The notes under the pieces were generated by a model. The model searched no databases. It had not been told where the DNA came from and saw only the letters and a program-made list of their open reading frames with translations. A stretch of 63,009 nt of DNA, the filler included, from Polymyxa betae A26-41 (lineage: Eukaryota > Protista > Endomyxa: Phytomyxea), in NCBI GenBank assembly GCA_003693705.1. It is 6 parts of 6 records of this genome, joined end to end, with 100 filler letters (N's around TTAATTAATTAA, not from the genome) between each part and the next. Parts side by side here need not be neighbours in the genome. Positions count along the whole stretch, not along the records: positions 38,525 to 56,273 come from RBZT01000437.1; positions 56,374 to 60,566 come from RBZT01000818.1; positions 60,667 to 63,009 come from RBZT01000022.1; 3 more parts are not named here. One strand, given 5' to 3'. Positions 50,997 to 62,900 of the stretch are shown here, in pieces. The stretch's first letter is position 1; each line of letters starts with the position of its first letter. A program made the position numbers and the translations under genes.

Positions 50997-52195
50997 GGAG
51001 GCACCCAAAAGAGGGTTCAAAACTTTGAAACTAACTTTAAACTCGTCTGTATCTAATAAAACGTTTCGCTCTAACGTATATTGCTTTCGTTATGGACTCA
51101 AGCTTAGAACTCTTCGCCCAATTCATCTCGGACAGCACCGATTCTGTCAGCTCTGCCTTCCTTCCGTCTACACCAGAGCCGCTCTACAAAAAACCGAAGA
51201 TTGGACTTGATAGAATCACTTCGGAAAAGCTTTAGCGTTTTGATGGCTTCTCACCGACAGCATTACAGCGTTTGGTCAAATGGTCGGACACAAGCTGGAA
51301 AGCAGGTCACTCCGAAGGAGATTTGGCCAAAGGTTGTCCAATCGAGTTCAACCTTTTTTGTGTAAATTTTCTGAATTTGCAGATTTACAACGATTACAAG
51401 AAGGAGTTCCCCGACTGTGCTGTTTCAGAGGAACAGCTCAAGTTTCATATTAAGAACGAGAAAAAACAATTGCTAACTGGAGATGCTGACGACCAGTCGG
51501 GCAAAATCGCTCTTCAGCCATCTGATCTGTTAGAGAAAATCAAACAGACAGATGGCCATGCCAAAAGAAACGTCATCACGAAACAAGAGTCCTTTGTCGC
51601 TAAATTGGAGTCTGCTCCAAACAGCGATAAAAAGCCAAAAAAAACCTGCTGGGCATCGAACAAAGGCCTAGATGCTGGACGAGCAAGCATCCTCGATTGC
51701 CGCGCTCAGCAGCAATTTCGACAAATTCCGCGAAAGCCAAGAGCATCTGCTGAATGCACGCGCAGACTCGGCTCGAGTGGATAAGTTGAAAGAAGCGCTG
51801 AATTTGGGACTCATCAGCCAAGATGAGTTCAATTCAAGAGCCAAGGCACTGCTTTTGAGTGATCTTTAGATCTCAAAATTATAAAACAATTGTTGTTTAT
51901 TTGTTTGCGATCTAAAGGGCACAGCTACTGAAACGATTTTCATATCTTGATCTAATCGTGCCCATCCCATCCCTGATTGTCGTCACGTTCCCTAATGGCG
52001 GACATATCCAAGCGACGACGTTGCAGGAAATTGGTTAAGATGGCACATGCCCAGAAAAGTTCAGGGAAATTTCCACGAGTGGCTTCGAATTTTTTCATCG
52101 GCTTCCGCCACTTTCGTTTCATCCCTCCGATTCCCCATTCTACTTTAACTCTGTATCCGCCGTGGACGGCATTGAAAGCATCGGCTGCTTCCAAG
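50997..52195. mobile_element. PIF/Harbinger remnant: accessory ORF (+, ~51240-51869) and transposase C-terminus (-, 51952-52195)
   Basis: FNAVHGGYRVKVEWGIGGMKRKWR...ACAILTNF, convergent arrangement, candidate TTA|GGAGGC end. Transposase cut by the hAT at 52196. Confidence 0.7.
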
Positions 52196-52993
52196 TAGGG
52201 CTCCGATCGGGTCGGGTCGTGTCGGATACCAGCCCCATACCCGACAATTGTATGGCGAGAGAAAATATTCACAGAAACGCTGTATAAACATCTTGATTGG
52301 GTGCGTTATCACCTAACGTCAATGCAATTAGTGTCTCAGGCTGAAGGGAATGTCGACGCAGTCTAAAAACATTGTCCGCAGTTAAAAATTTCTTAAATCC
52401 GACACGGGCGATCCAGGAATGGACAGTATGTCTCTTTCGACAAAAGATGTGAAACTACATCGCATGCGATGTAATGTAATATAAAGGATCAACAGAAGAA
52501 TCCTCGCAGCGCAAGTTCAAATAATTGTCGGCCTCGTTAATTATTGGCCTTCACAAACGCATTGAGAGAACATCGAGGTACGTCAAAAAATGAAAAATCT
52601 TCACCAGCTGCCCCTGTGGTAGCGGTTGGGACCTGTTCAGCAGTATCACTTTTTCTCCCAATTAGAGATTATCAGAAGTGAAACAGGTTCGATAAGGTCA
52701 GAGTAATCAATATCGAAGTCCATTATTTTTGAATAGTTGCGAACCCGTCGGTGAAGAAATGGGTGCTTTGTTCTTGCGGGTTGCCATATTCGTGACTGCA
52801 ATTATGCATCTTGACAAAATACACTAATGGGAGCTGAACGTAAATCCGTGCGCGGTTTATATATACAACTCAAATTATAACCGTCGGATACAGTCGGGTA
52901 GTCGGGTCGGGTATCGACCCGCTACCCGAACCCGACCCGAACCCGACCCGACCCGGGTTTTTCGGATACTACCCGAACCCGATCGGAGCCCTA
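52196..52993. mobile_element. Non-autonomous hAT element (798 bp) with ACCCG subterminal arrays
   Basis: 17-bp perfect TIRs TAGGGCTCCGATCGGGT / ACCCGATCGGAGCCCTA and many ACCCG(A) copies. No 8-bp TSD seen. Confidence 0.85.
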
Positions 52994-54257
52994 ATGAGCT
53001 AGCAGTTCATAAACTTAAATTAGCACTGATAGAGAATGTCAGGATTGCATTTCCTAGTGATGAGATGATACAGTGTGTCTTCTGTGATGCTAGCTATCAA
53101 TATTGCTCAGGTATGGTTACACAGATTCCTGTTGAGGATGATTGTAAGCCATTTTGTGAACAAAGACATCAGCCATTGGGGTTTGTTGGTCATCGATTTA
53201 ATGGCTCGGAATTGAATTGGGCAATTGTTGATAAAGAGGCGTTTGCAATCAAGGACACTTTGAAAAAGTTGTCATACTTATTGCATATGAAACGGCCATT
53301 TTTGCTGTTTACAGATCACAGAAATCTCATTTCTATGTTTAATCCTGTGAAATGTAACAAGCCGTCAGCTAATAGGTTGTTACGATGGGGAATAGAATTA
53401 CGAGAATTCAATTATGTCATCCGGCATATTCCTGGTGAAGTGAATTGCTGGGCAGATATTTTGTCACGATGGGGTGCAGCCCACGACACAGCTTCGTCGG
53501 TGGCAATTAACACAATGCAGACTACTGATGGTAGTATTGATGATCATGATTATATCCAATCCATAGAACAATATAGTGTTCAGCCATTGAACCCGGAAAA
53601 ATTTGTCTGGCCTGACATTAATGAAATCGCCAACGAGCAGAGAAGTCATCTCGGTACCAATGACGATTATGTTACTGATAGTAACGGGCTGTTTGTTGAT
53701 GGTCATAACAGGATTGTAATTCCTGTGCAAAGTAGTGATTTGGGAATCAGACTATGTGTAATTGCGCGTGCAGGATGTAGCAGTGGGCATATTGGATATC
53801 ATGCTGCTTTGCAGCTATTGAAACAGAGGTTTTATTGGATTGGAATGGAAAAAGATGTGCGAGAGATTTGCAGTGCATGTCTTCATTGTGTGACAACCCG
53901 TAAAGGTTTTCGGATTCCCAGACCTTTAGGTGAGGCATGTCATGGAACTAAGCGAAATCAAGTATTGCACTTTGATTATATGAATGTTTGGCCGCGAAGT
54001 GACAAATCTAATCATCAATATGAAGGGTTGTTTGTATTGAGAGATGATTTTTCGGGTCTAGTTATGTTAAAGCCAGTAAAGATTCCGGACACTTGGACAA
54101 CAGTAGATGCTCTATTGGAATGGAGATCTTTGTTTGGAAGGTCCGAAGTGTATGTTTCGGATCAGGCTTCTTATTTTGTATCGGAAATTATGCGTCAGTT
54201 TGCAATGAAGTGCAACTCTAGGCAGCACTTTGTAACAGCATATGCGCATTATGCTAA
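52994..54257 (+). pseudogene. Ty3/Gypsy pol fragment (RNase H, integrase zinc finger, integrase core), open frame but truncated at both ends
   Basis: FCDAS, WAIVDKEAFAI, FTDHRNL, IRHIPGEVNCWADILSRWG, GHIG...FYW...CSACLHC, LHFDY, DDFS, VSDQASYF, TAYAHYAN| (cut before the catalytic E). Confidence 0.92.
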
Positions 54258-56273
54258 CCCTGATCCGCACTCCGTGGAGTGCATATAGGTACTTTTCGTT
54301 TTTAGCAATCTTTTAAACCTCAGAGGGCGCGTTTGAGCCCCAGCCAATACTATCCTGATGAATACTCTACATGTCTATGTAAAATTTTTTATGGTAGCTC
54401 AAACAGAGCCTTCGCAATCGAGGGGTGGGGTTTAGGGTTTGCGCGGCCCCGCAATAACTGGGGAAATGCGTTATAGTGCATAATATACACTATAAGAAAA
54501 AAGGGTTTATTGAGCTCTCTGACGTCGAATTCGAGGCTGTGCTTGAGCAGAGGAGTTCTGCTCTGGACTTTGGCTTCGCTGCCGTCGCGCTCGCTCACTT
54601 TGAGGCGTAAGCGATCGGCGACGACCTCTTCTACCGCGCAGGTGAGGGTCTCTCTTCGGACGGACCCTCTGAACTAAACGGTCAGCAGTGTGCATTAAGT
54701 CCATGCAGGATCGTGTCCAAAGTCCTGCAGTTTGAACGCAAGCAGTCACGCCGCAAATGATACATCGTGCGGTGGGCACCAGCGCCGGGTTCCGCCATGT
54801 TGGATTTCATGGTAGACGTCCGTGCGAAGACGAGTCACCCGTCCCACTGGTCCATTCAGCCAAGCAAAAACGTTTCTTCCAGGAGCTTGCGCTACGCTGT
54901 CATTCGCAACGTTCACGTGCTCAGATGCAGAGTCACCTGTTTTCCCAGCTCAGCAGCGTCATGCATACAGTTGATAAATGCCGGCGAAGGAGTCCAAGTT
55001 TCCGTGAACTTCTGCAGGAAATCAGAGAAAGAAGATATGCGGTTCAGGCGTTGTTTCAACTGCTTGTATGTCGAAAAGTGAGCGAGCTCACTTTCGACTT
55101 GCAAAAGCCGGTTTATCATATGCGAGTTCATCAAAGAAACCATGATGAACCGGATATAGATGAACGCCCGAGGGGTTAATGACCGGAAGTCAATTTTGAC
55201 ATTGCCAAAATTCTAGAAACAATATCCTGGCTACCTTTGAAATGATTCCTGTTAGACAGCAGGGCTGAAGGACCCGGGTCTTAATCGAAAGATAGAAAGG
55301 AAGACGTTACAGGAAGGGAGTAAGTAGATGAATGAATGTATTATCGGCTCGATGGCCATTATATATGGATAATAGAATAGGGCACTGTCATATAAGCAAT
55401 AAACTCCGCCACGGACTTACCATGCAAGCTGTTGGCACTGTTTGGCATCACTGTGTCACTGTGGGCGATATGCAGGGTTGCGCTGTCTGTTGTGTGTGGC
55501 CATGCGTCGCCCCAGGGTCCACGACCAGGCTAGCAGGTTGGAATTCAACAATTCCAGTGATCCACAACAAATGGCACGAAATCATGAGCTGGAGGCAACG
55601 GGTTGCCCGTACGCTGCCGCCAGGATTCAAAAGCTTGCTGAAATTTGCTCCCGATTTGAACAGTGTGCAAATCCACAGCATGCCCGAATTCAGTAGGTCG
55701 AAGATCAACTAGATTCGGAGATTCCAAACCTGTAAAGTACTGCGAGTGCTCAGCACATTTGGTCAAAAGCATTGACGAAAACAAGGCTCGAGAATCTCGA
55801 GATACCTGGATCAGATGTGAATATATCACGCTGCTGGTGCTCGCTACAACGAACAGGCAATGGTCAACAGAAGTGACAGAACAATGATGCAGAACCTGGG
55901 ATCTGTAGGCCGGAGCGGAGTCCAGACTAATTTTCGAAACAAAGGATGATCGAATGATGTGACAAAAAGACGCTGTCCCAAAGTTGAGGTCAGAATAGAA
56001 GCTTCATCTAATCGCCTGTGGGCGTCTTCAACAGACTGATGCGCTGTCATAGTTTTCAGCTCAGGAAAACATACGAACGCTTCTGATCCATCCGAACTTG
56101 GAGGATTCAAAACCATTACGCCGTCGATAGATGTTGCCATCAGATGGTCGTTACTGCCGTCCACTGACCTCTTTCGCAGCAATCCCCGTTCTACAATATC
56201 ACCCATAATGCGGATTCCTTGGCCATGATCATCAAAGAATGCCGGCAACCCGCGACGAATGTTCGATTCATTG
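54258..56273 (-). mobile_element. piggyBac-like element whose transposase pseudogene contains a YqaJ/lambda-exonuclease domain (3' part; 5' part lost in the gap)
   Basis: Reconstructed frame: NE...GLL...LMATSIDG...PELKT...YRSQVLHH...LFVVA, then PLPP...WN|HFKGSQDIVSR, then VSLMNSH, then H..RRWC...CIICGVTAC...SCMDLMH. Stop at 54507. Terminus CTAA|CCCTG at 54258 lies exactly where the Gypsy integrase is cut. Confidence 0.7.
55250..55550. mobile_element. Solo LTR (301 bp)
   Basis: TGTTAG...TCAACA with 5-bp TSD ATTCC (55245-55249 and 55551-55555). Removal restores WN-HFKG in the host ORF. Confidence 0.9.
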
Positions 56274-56589
56274 NNNNNNNNNNNNNNNNNNNNNNNNNNN
56301 NNNNNNNNNNNNNNNNNTTAATTAATTAANNNNNNNNNNNNNNNNNNNNNNNNNNNNNNNNNNNNNNNNNNNNAGAGAGTCGGAGACGAGATGAGAAACG
56401 TATGAATTTTGGAGTTGATCGGAATGGTTGCGTGGAGGCCGCTCCTCGCCATTCATAGTAGGGAGACTAGGGGACCCGCGCAGTCCGTGACAGTTAGGGC
56501 TCTTCCCCTATAGCAGGGGCGCAGCCCTCTGCGCAGCCCCTCAGGAAGGGCCAGTACGACTGCCTGGTGGTCGGCTGGGCGGCTGCGAG

Positions 56590-57660
56590 TACTGTCATGC
56601 TCAATGGGCATGACAGAAGATAAGCGTAAGAATATTGAAAGAGCCTTTGGTAAGCTCCAGGCTCGTTTCCACTTGCCCACTAGGCCATGCCAGCTCTGGT
56701 TGAGAGATGCCCTGTATTCAGTCATGAGAACATGTGTCATCTTGCATAATCTTATTTTAGACTACGAGCAGCAGAATGGTATGGACTCTGATTATATTAA
56801 TCTCGAGCAGTATCACCCGAAACACCCCTTCACTGTTGGCGCAGATTAGGCTCCAATTCCACTGCACACGAAGCAGATGTCGTGTAGAAGAATGATTCTG
56901 TATTGAAAGATAATACACAATTAAATCCATTAAAGGTCTGTGCTTTCCTGGTCAAGCCCGTCCGCAGCCTGCAGCTGGGCCAGCTCTCTTTTTTTACGAG
57001 GTAAGGTTAGCTCAGCATTAGAGTTTCCTCCTGCTTAACTTTTAGGAACCTCTGGGCTTCCTCAGAGTGAGGGTTCAAAGCAAGAAACGACAATGTGGGG
57101 CGTTCCTTATGGAAGGCTATACGCTGATCAGCGTTATCAGCCATCCGTTTGTCGAAAGCACTCTTCTCAGTGCTGTTCATCTGGCAAGCTTCATATTTCA
57201 GGCGCTTCGCAGCTTTCTTGCCCACTGTTTCCTCGAGGTCATTCTCATTGCTTTTGACGAACTCGACCCAGGAATGTTATCCAAACCAGGCGCCGGATTT
57301 TCGTCGTTGATGCTCTCCTCATCGTCAGATTCATCCTACTGTAACGCCTTCTTCATCTGTGGCGTCATGTCGTCGGTGTTAATACAGAATTTCAGCTGAT
57401 GTTTGACTTCCCGTCAACACAGTTCATCGGAGAAGGATTTGTCGGTCTCCTTCTGAAATTTCTGCTTTGCCAAATTCATAGAATCATCAATCTGCCATCC
57501 AATTGATTCATACTTTCCGTGAATTCTGTTGTTTTTTTTTAATCTGCAGGTTGTCCGATATAGCAGTTGAGATGGCCCGGATGGGGTTCCCAAAACGTTA
57601 GAGAATTCCAATAGGTTATTTCGATATTGACATTGAACTTGGTATGGCACCATCAAATTA
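56590..57660. mobile_element. PIF/Harbinger remnant: Plant_tran-type transposase C-terminus (+, to 56849) and NAM-associated-type partner (-, 57007-57660)
   Basis: EDKRKNIERAFGKLQARF...MRTCVILHNLILDYE. Partner SIGWQIDDSMNLAKQKF...F..ELC*REVK and GKKAAK. Convergent. Confidence 0.75.
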
Positions 57661-57767
57661 CAAAATCGATGGCTTTGGAAGAGCTACTTAATGCTTAAAA
57701 TGTTTTCCAATATATTCGCAACCGGTCAAAGGCCTGATTCTGCGTCTCGAACATAATCTTGAGAGTG

Positions 57768-57841
57768 GCCCGTGTAGCTCAATTGGTTAGAGCGTGGGAC
57801 TTTTAATCTCAAGGCTCCGGGTTCGAGTCCCGGCACGGGCT
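57768..57841 (+). tRNA. tRNA-Lys (anticodon TTT)
   Basis: Acceptor stem GCCCGTG/CACGGGC, D-arm GCTC-AATTGGTTA-GAGC, anticodon arm TGGGA-CTTTTAA-TCTCA, T-arm CCGGG-TTCGAGT-CCCGG, downstream TTTTT Pol III terminator. Confidence 0.95.
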
Positions 57842-58359
57842 AAACTTTTTCAAAAGTGGGCTTCTTTTTAGATCGCATTGTGCAGCGTTGGCATGCAGCT
57901 AGCACAAAAATGATCCGAAGTCGCGCTTGTCGCTTTAAAGCTTGCGAGGCAACATGCACTGATCCTTCTTCTCATTTCGATTTCCTGCTCCAATCACTTG
58001 AGGAAATCGCTAAACACTCTGACAATGTAAGATCGGACCGTACAGACCTGTGAAATGGCGGGACTGGTCCGAGCCATTTTGTGATCTATGGGGTAGGTCC
58101 TGAATTGCCCTAAATTAACAGCATCTGTTTTGTGTAATCAACTGCAAATATTCCGCAAAGTATCGGACCGGACAGTTTGCAACCCGGATTTGAACCAGAA
58201 AGACCGTGAGACAAGACCTAATAGAATCGTCTTGAGCGCCAGCTGCATTGGAGTAGATTATGACGAATGTGATCGGAATATTTCGGACGAATTCTGCAGA
58301 ACTGGGGACCGGACTTTTCTGTTCCGAGCCATCCGGGATCTAATAACTGTCGTTTTGTT

Positions 58360-58480
58360 CTAGCGGCCTTTAACAAATATCTCCTCAAAACCAAATTTCA
58401 GACCTCTTTTAATACTGGCTCCAAATGATAACAAACTCTTGTTCATATCTGGAACAAGTAAGACATCCCATTTATAGGCT
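58360..58480 (-). pseudogene. Copia pol remnant (protease to pre-integrase region)
   Basis: DVLLVPDMNKSLLSFGASIKRGLKFGF resembles DVLxVPxLxxNLLSV...GxxxxF. Confidence 0.55.
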
Positions 58481-60666
58481 CTATAACTAAAAACTTGTCT
58501 CATTTGGTTTGTTATCGATATAATGGTCAGCGATGCATATAAATCGATCATCATGAATTTGTCATTGCCAACATGCCAGTTGCATCATTTACATCAAAAG
58601 TCTGATAGCCTAAAGGCTTGTTCGTTCTTCGCATTTAATGTCGAAGCCGAGTATACAGAATCCCGGACCTTTTTTTTTATAGAAAATCCTTTGAGATCAG
58701 ATGTAGATCAAAACACGTTAGACTCCAACATTTGATGCGTCGATTGCTACAATGACGACAGAAGCCGTGCTGTTTGGACGCAACAGCAATGAGGAGCTGA
58801 TTTTTTTGTCACGAAGTCGATGAGGTTGGCGATCGCAGCTGGCAAGCAAGTTGCTGAGCGATGTTGTTGAAGCATCAATGGTATCAACGAGAGCCTGATA
58901 CATACTTTGATCTGATTGAATAACGTTAGCAGAAAAATATGATAAGATGCGATACGAGCAACTTTGTTGGTCGAACACAGAAGTTTCCGCCATATAATCG
59001 CAAACTTCTTGTAAGCTCTTGCTTAATGCTAAAGATTTTCAGAATGGCGTTCAAAGCTCAAGTGTCGAGCTGTTTTCGAATCGAGCTTCCCCAATAAACC
59101 ATTCATCTTGATTACTTGAAAATGTTTCAGCGTTTGGAGTATCCTCACTCAATTCAAAAGCAAAACTGCGAAGATGTTTTCGTCCAGTGCAGGGCTCAGA
59201 TCATTGGGACAATTATGATTTATGTGCATTGAGGCTGAACTGAAATTCTCGACTCCATATCGAATGATAGTCAATCGTTAGCGAAAGAGCGATATCATGT
59301 AGCCGACATATCTGCTCTGCATGATAAATCAAGACAGAGAGATAATACCAGAAAGGAATGTGAGCTTGTATGTAGAGAATAACGTCATCGTGGTAGTCCG
59401 TGGAAATGTTACAGGATTCCTCAGTTAATGTTACAAGGATATTCGGGATGCGGAGCATTGCTATCAAACTTGTCCAATCAAATCCAATTTACCTAGTCAT
59501 TTTATAAAAAACATTAATATTATTTTGTTATTGGCAGCCTTGTTTATATTTTGTTACTATTTTATTGTAGTTAAAAATGAACTGGGAGCCGAAAAGTGAT
59601 GATCAACACTATCGTGAGATTTATTGAGTCCTGCTTTCTGATATTAAAATATTCCGATTAACCAATAATGTCCCATATTCGAAAAGAACCTTGTCCCCGA
59701 CAAATTTAGTATGGAAAAATCGATATTTTCTGAATGATATCAGATCAGGGGGTTCCCAGATATCGATTATCCGCCAAACAAAAATCACAAAATTTTCCAT
59801 CGAAGTGCCTATCCTGCCACTTCTCTGCCCAGATGAGAGCAGAAATCGGGCTAGCGCAGCTTTCAGTGCCAGCTCTGTCAAGAGCTGATAGATACAGATG
59901 TAAATGTCATTGAGTACTGAGCAGGGGCTTATGGTTAGGTATCGAAAGCCACATCCATATCTAATAAAGCTTTGATATTCAATATGCATCCGGATTCCCA
60001 GTCACATTGGCTATCAGAGTTGCTTGATCACAAATCATTGATGGATGAAATACTGCCAGCTGTAAAAACACGCGTACGAGCTCCAGAGGGCTTAAGTGAT
60101 GATATGCCGGCGATCTCAGGCCTTTTGCAATGGATACAACACTGACCGTTGTTACCAGAGGATTAGTGAAATCCGATCCAAATCCAATCCTATAATTCAT
60201 TGCGGACTTGTATTTGAAACTATTCAGGCGCAGTTGGCTGCAGAGTACTCCGGAGTTTGATGCGGACTTTGATGCGGAGTGGCTCCTACCTGCAGCTGTA
60301 ACGGTGTAACCTTTCCCATGTGTTTAGAATATCTTCGCTACAAGCAGGCCATCGATTATTATAATGCTTTCATTATATCCACGATTTATTATCCATCAAG
60401 TCTCTAAAGGTGAATGTTATATGATGCAGAATCGCGCAGCCTTTGTCTGGTACTGAGATCATCACGATCCACTCCGTTAATACATAACAGTCGAAAACAA
60501 TCATGCTCTTATCGCCTTTATTCCTTGGATTGCAATGATCGACTTGTTGCTAGATATGGTACGGTCNNNNNNNNNNNNNNNNNNNNNNNNNNNNNNNNNN
60601 NNNNNNNNNNTTAATTAATTAANNNNNNNNNNNNNNNNNNNNNNNNNNNNNNNNNNNNNNNNNNNN

Positions 60667-60687
60667 CCGAACCCGATCGGAGCCCTA
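60667..60687. mobile_element. Terminus of the same hAT family as 52196-52993
   Basis: CCGAACCCGATCGGAGCCCTA is identical to 52973-52993. Remainder is in the gap. Confidence 0.85.
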
Positions 60688-61370
60688 GGCAGTCTTTAAA
60701 AAAAGGAAAGAATTTCGGGTTATCTCGAATAACTGGCGATAATTCGTCTTGGCTAGGCAATCTGATATATTTTTCTGCCAGAGAGCAAATCGCATCAGTA
60801 ACCCAATGGAGCACCCTGTTGCATATATTAATAAATATGGGAATTTATTGGCCATATAGATAACCAAAAATTGGCGTTCCTACTGATAGTTTCTCCGCTT
60901 CGTTGGAAACGTTCTTGAGCATCCCTATTTTTAGAGCTGTGGGACATAGTAAAGAGAAAAATTGCAATCATCTCATCGACATCCATATTGCGTGTACTCT
61001 GCAAACCTCCCGATATCACAAGCTCACGCTTGAGCTTGTTAAAAATGTGTGTACTCATACGAAGGGTCTCGTATATACGAACTGGGTTACCACTCATTTA
61101 TTCTATCACCCATTCGGCTCCTTGGAGCCCCGATGTTCGACATGGCTCCTTGACACAGTAAGATTGGACATACCACTCTCCTACGAGGCATGCCGCAGCT
61201 CGATTTCTTCGCTGAAGAGAATCGTATTCGTCATCATCAGAGGAACTCATTATCGTTTGGTGCGACATAACCTACGTAAACCCGTATTATGCGCAAACCG
61301 GTTTTATCATTAGGAAAAGCTAGTTTGCGGAAAAACCGGATTTGAAATTCCGTGGCATCCAAACTTGCCC
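60688..61370 (-). mobile_element. PIF/Harbinger 5' part (transposase N-terminus plus Tourist-like TIR)
   Basis: Minus-strand terminus TTA|GGGCAAGTTTGGATGCC. LRMSTHIFNKL...VDEMIAIFL...QERFQRSGETISR, IRDNPKFFPFFKDCL| (cut just before the GAxDGTH motif). Confidence 0.88.
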
Positions 61371-61533
61371 TAACTGTTTCTACGCTAATTTATATGAAGA
61401 AATTAGTGCGGCAAAGTTTTAACAGAATGATATCATTCTGTTAAAATTTTGCATCATAGCATTTTGTTAAAAGCTTGAATGATACCGGCATCACTCTGTT
61501 AAAGACCAGAAAGCAGCAGAATTTCAATACACA

Positions 61534-62900
61534 TTATAACGTCGCTTTATGGTGAATGGTGTGGTTGGCAGAATTCGTAGAAAGAGCTGTAAAGCGATCA
61601 TTCAGTTCGGAGCAAACTTTCGCCAAAAGATGCGGTTCCTGAACATTGTCTCCGACCATCACAATAAAATTATCCACATCATCCTCACAATGATTTTGAA
61701 GGCAGTTCAATATTGGATTGACAATATCATTTAGATATTCCAGAAGAGCTTTACAGCAGTTCAACTTCAACAGCTGAATTTGATCTCGAAGGGCCCGAAT
61801 GCAGACCAGAAAACTTCTCTGTAACATTCGAGCTTAGAAAAAATCAGTGAAAGAGGTCATGAACGTACCATCTGGAATCCTGTAATTTGATATTTAAGAA
61901 GGCAATCCAACGTTCTTGTTCTTATCAGGAATAAATGTCAATTTCCAGAACCCATCGTCGAGGATCATAGATCGTTCAAAGCCGCAGACGGATTCCGGCC
62001 CATCCATCCGATTACATTTCCTGAAGAATTTCGCATGCGGAAACGGGTTCCCTCATCGCGATTGAAACGTTTGTAGATCCTTCTTACAGCAATTCGTCAA
62101 ACACAATAAGACGGGCACGCAGGTCGCATGGAGCCGGTCCAGGAGGCGTTTATACTCTATATTCGAGGACCCGCGGGGAATGCTGGCCCCGCCGCTGGCG
62201 GTGCGGTACACGCTGGCGATCAGAATGAGTTTCTGCAAAGTGGTCTGAGCTTGGGCGAATTTCTGGTTCCAGACCAGAGACGAATGATGGACAGTTTCAG
62301 GTTCTGGATTGCGGCGAGAAGTTTTGTTGGATTTTGTCCAGCGCTTCCCGGTGAGGAAAGCGAAGTCATCTGGCTGCGGTTGCTTCTTCTACAATAAAAA
62401 GTCACTGATGATTATATCGAATGTTGAATAGACGGACTTACAAGGAATTGACAAAGGCTTTCGTAATCCGTAATACGATCCACAGAACAGTCCAGCAGGG
62501 CATTGAGAGCTTTCCTTTCATCGTAACTGGACGGACTTGCCACGGAGTTTCCGCAGAGCGTCCCGGGACATTTCAAATTGAAAACCCCAGCGGAGCTGAA
62601 ACGTCAGGAGCTGTTTCTGGCAGCAATTCAACAGACATCGTAATACTGGCAGACAGACGCATCTCTTCCAGTAATACGTTTGACTGTTTCGATTTTTAGC
62701 ACCAGTTTTGGAAATTTTCCGATAAAGATTCGCTATCAGAATCAGCATTTGTAATGTGTGTTTGGACTGTACAATCTGATCGATCTCATACAAACCAATC
62801 TGCGTATTGTTGGTTGGAATGATCAGAGCCTGCTGAGCAGTATGACCATCTTCGGAACTATGAGAGGTCGGCAGCTGATTGAATGATTCCATCTCCTCAC
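61534..62900 (-). pseudogene. Second locus of the Cys/His tandem-domain gene family (three domains; stop and frameshift present; probably continues past the window edge)
   Basis: TLQMLILIANLYRK...CLPVLRCLLNCCQKQLLTFQLRWG; TLQKLILIASVYR...CVPVLLCLTNCCKKDLQTFQSR*GNPFPHAKF; YLNDIVNPILNCLQNHCEDDVDNF. Same domain order as 24600-26021. Confidence 0.78.

Noticed and set aside
55168-55179. GGGG-TTAA as a piggyBac right end
   Set aside because: Lies inside the reconstructed coding frame (RSLTPRAF) and does not match the 54258 terminus.
58600-60560. Short ORFs, possibly hAT debris or an unknown gene
   Set aside because: No convincing motif set could be reconstructed by eye.
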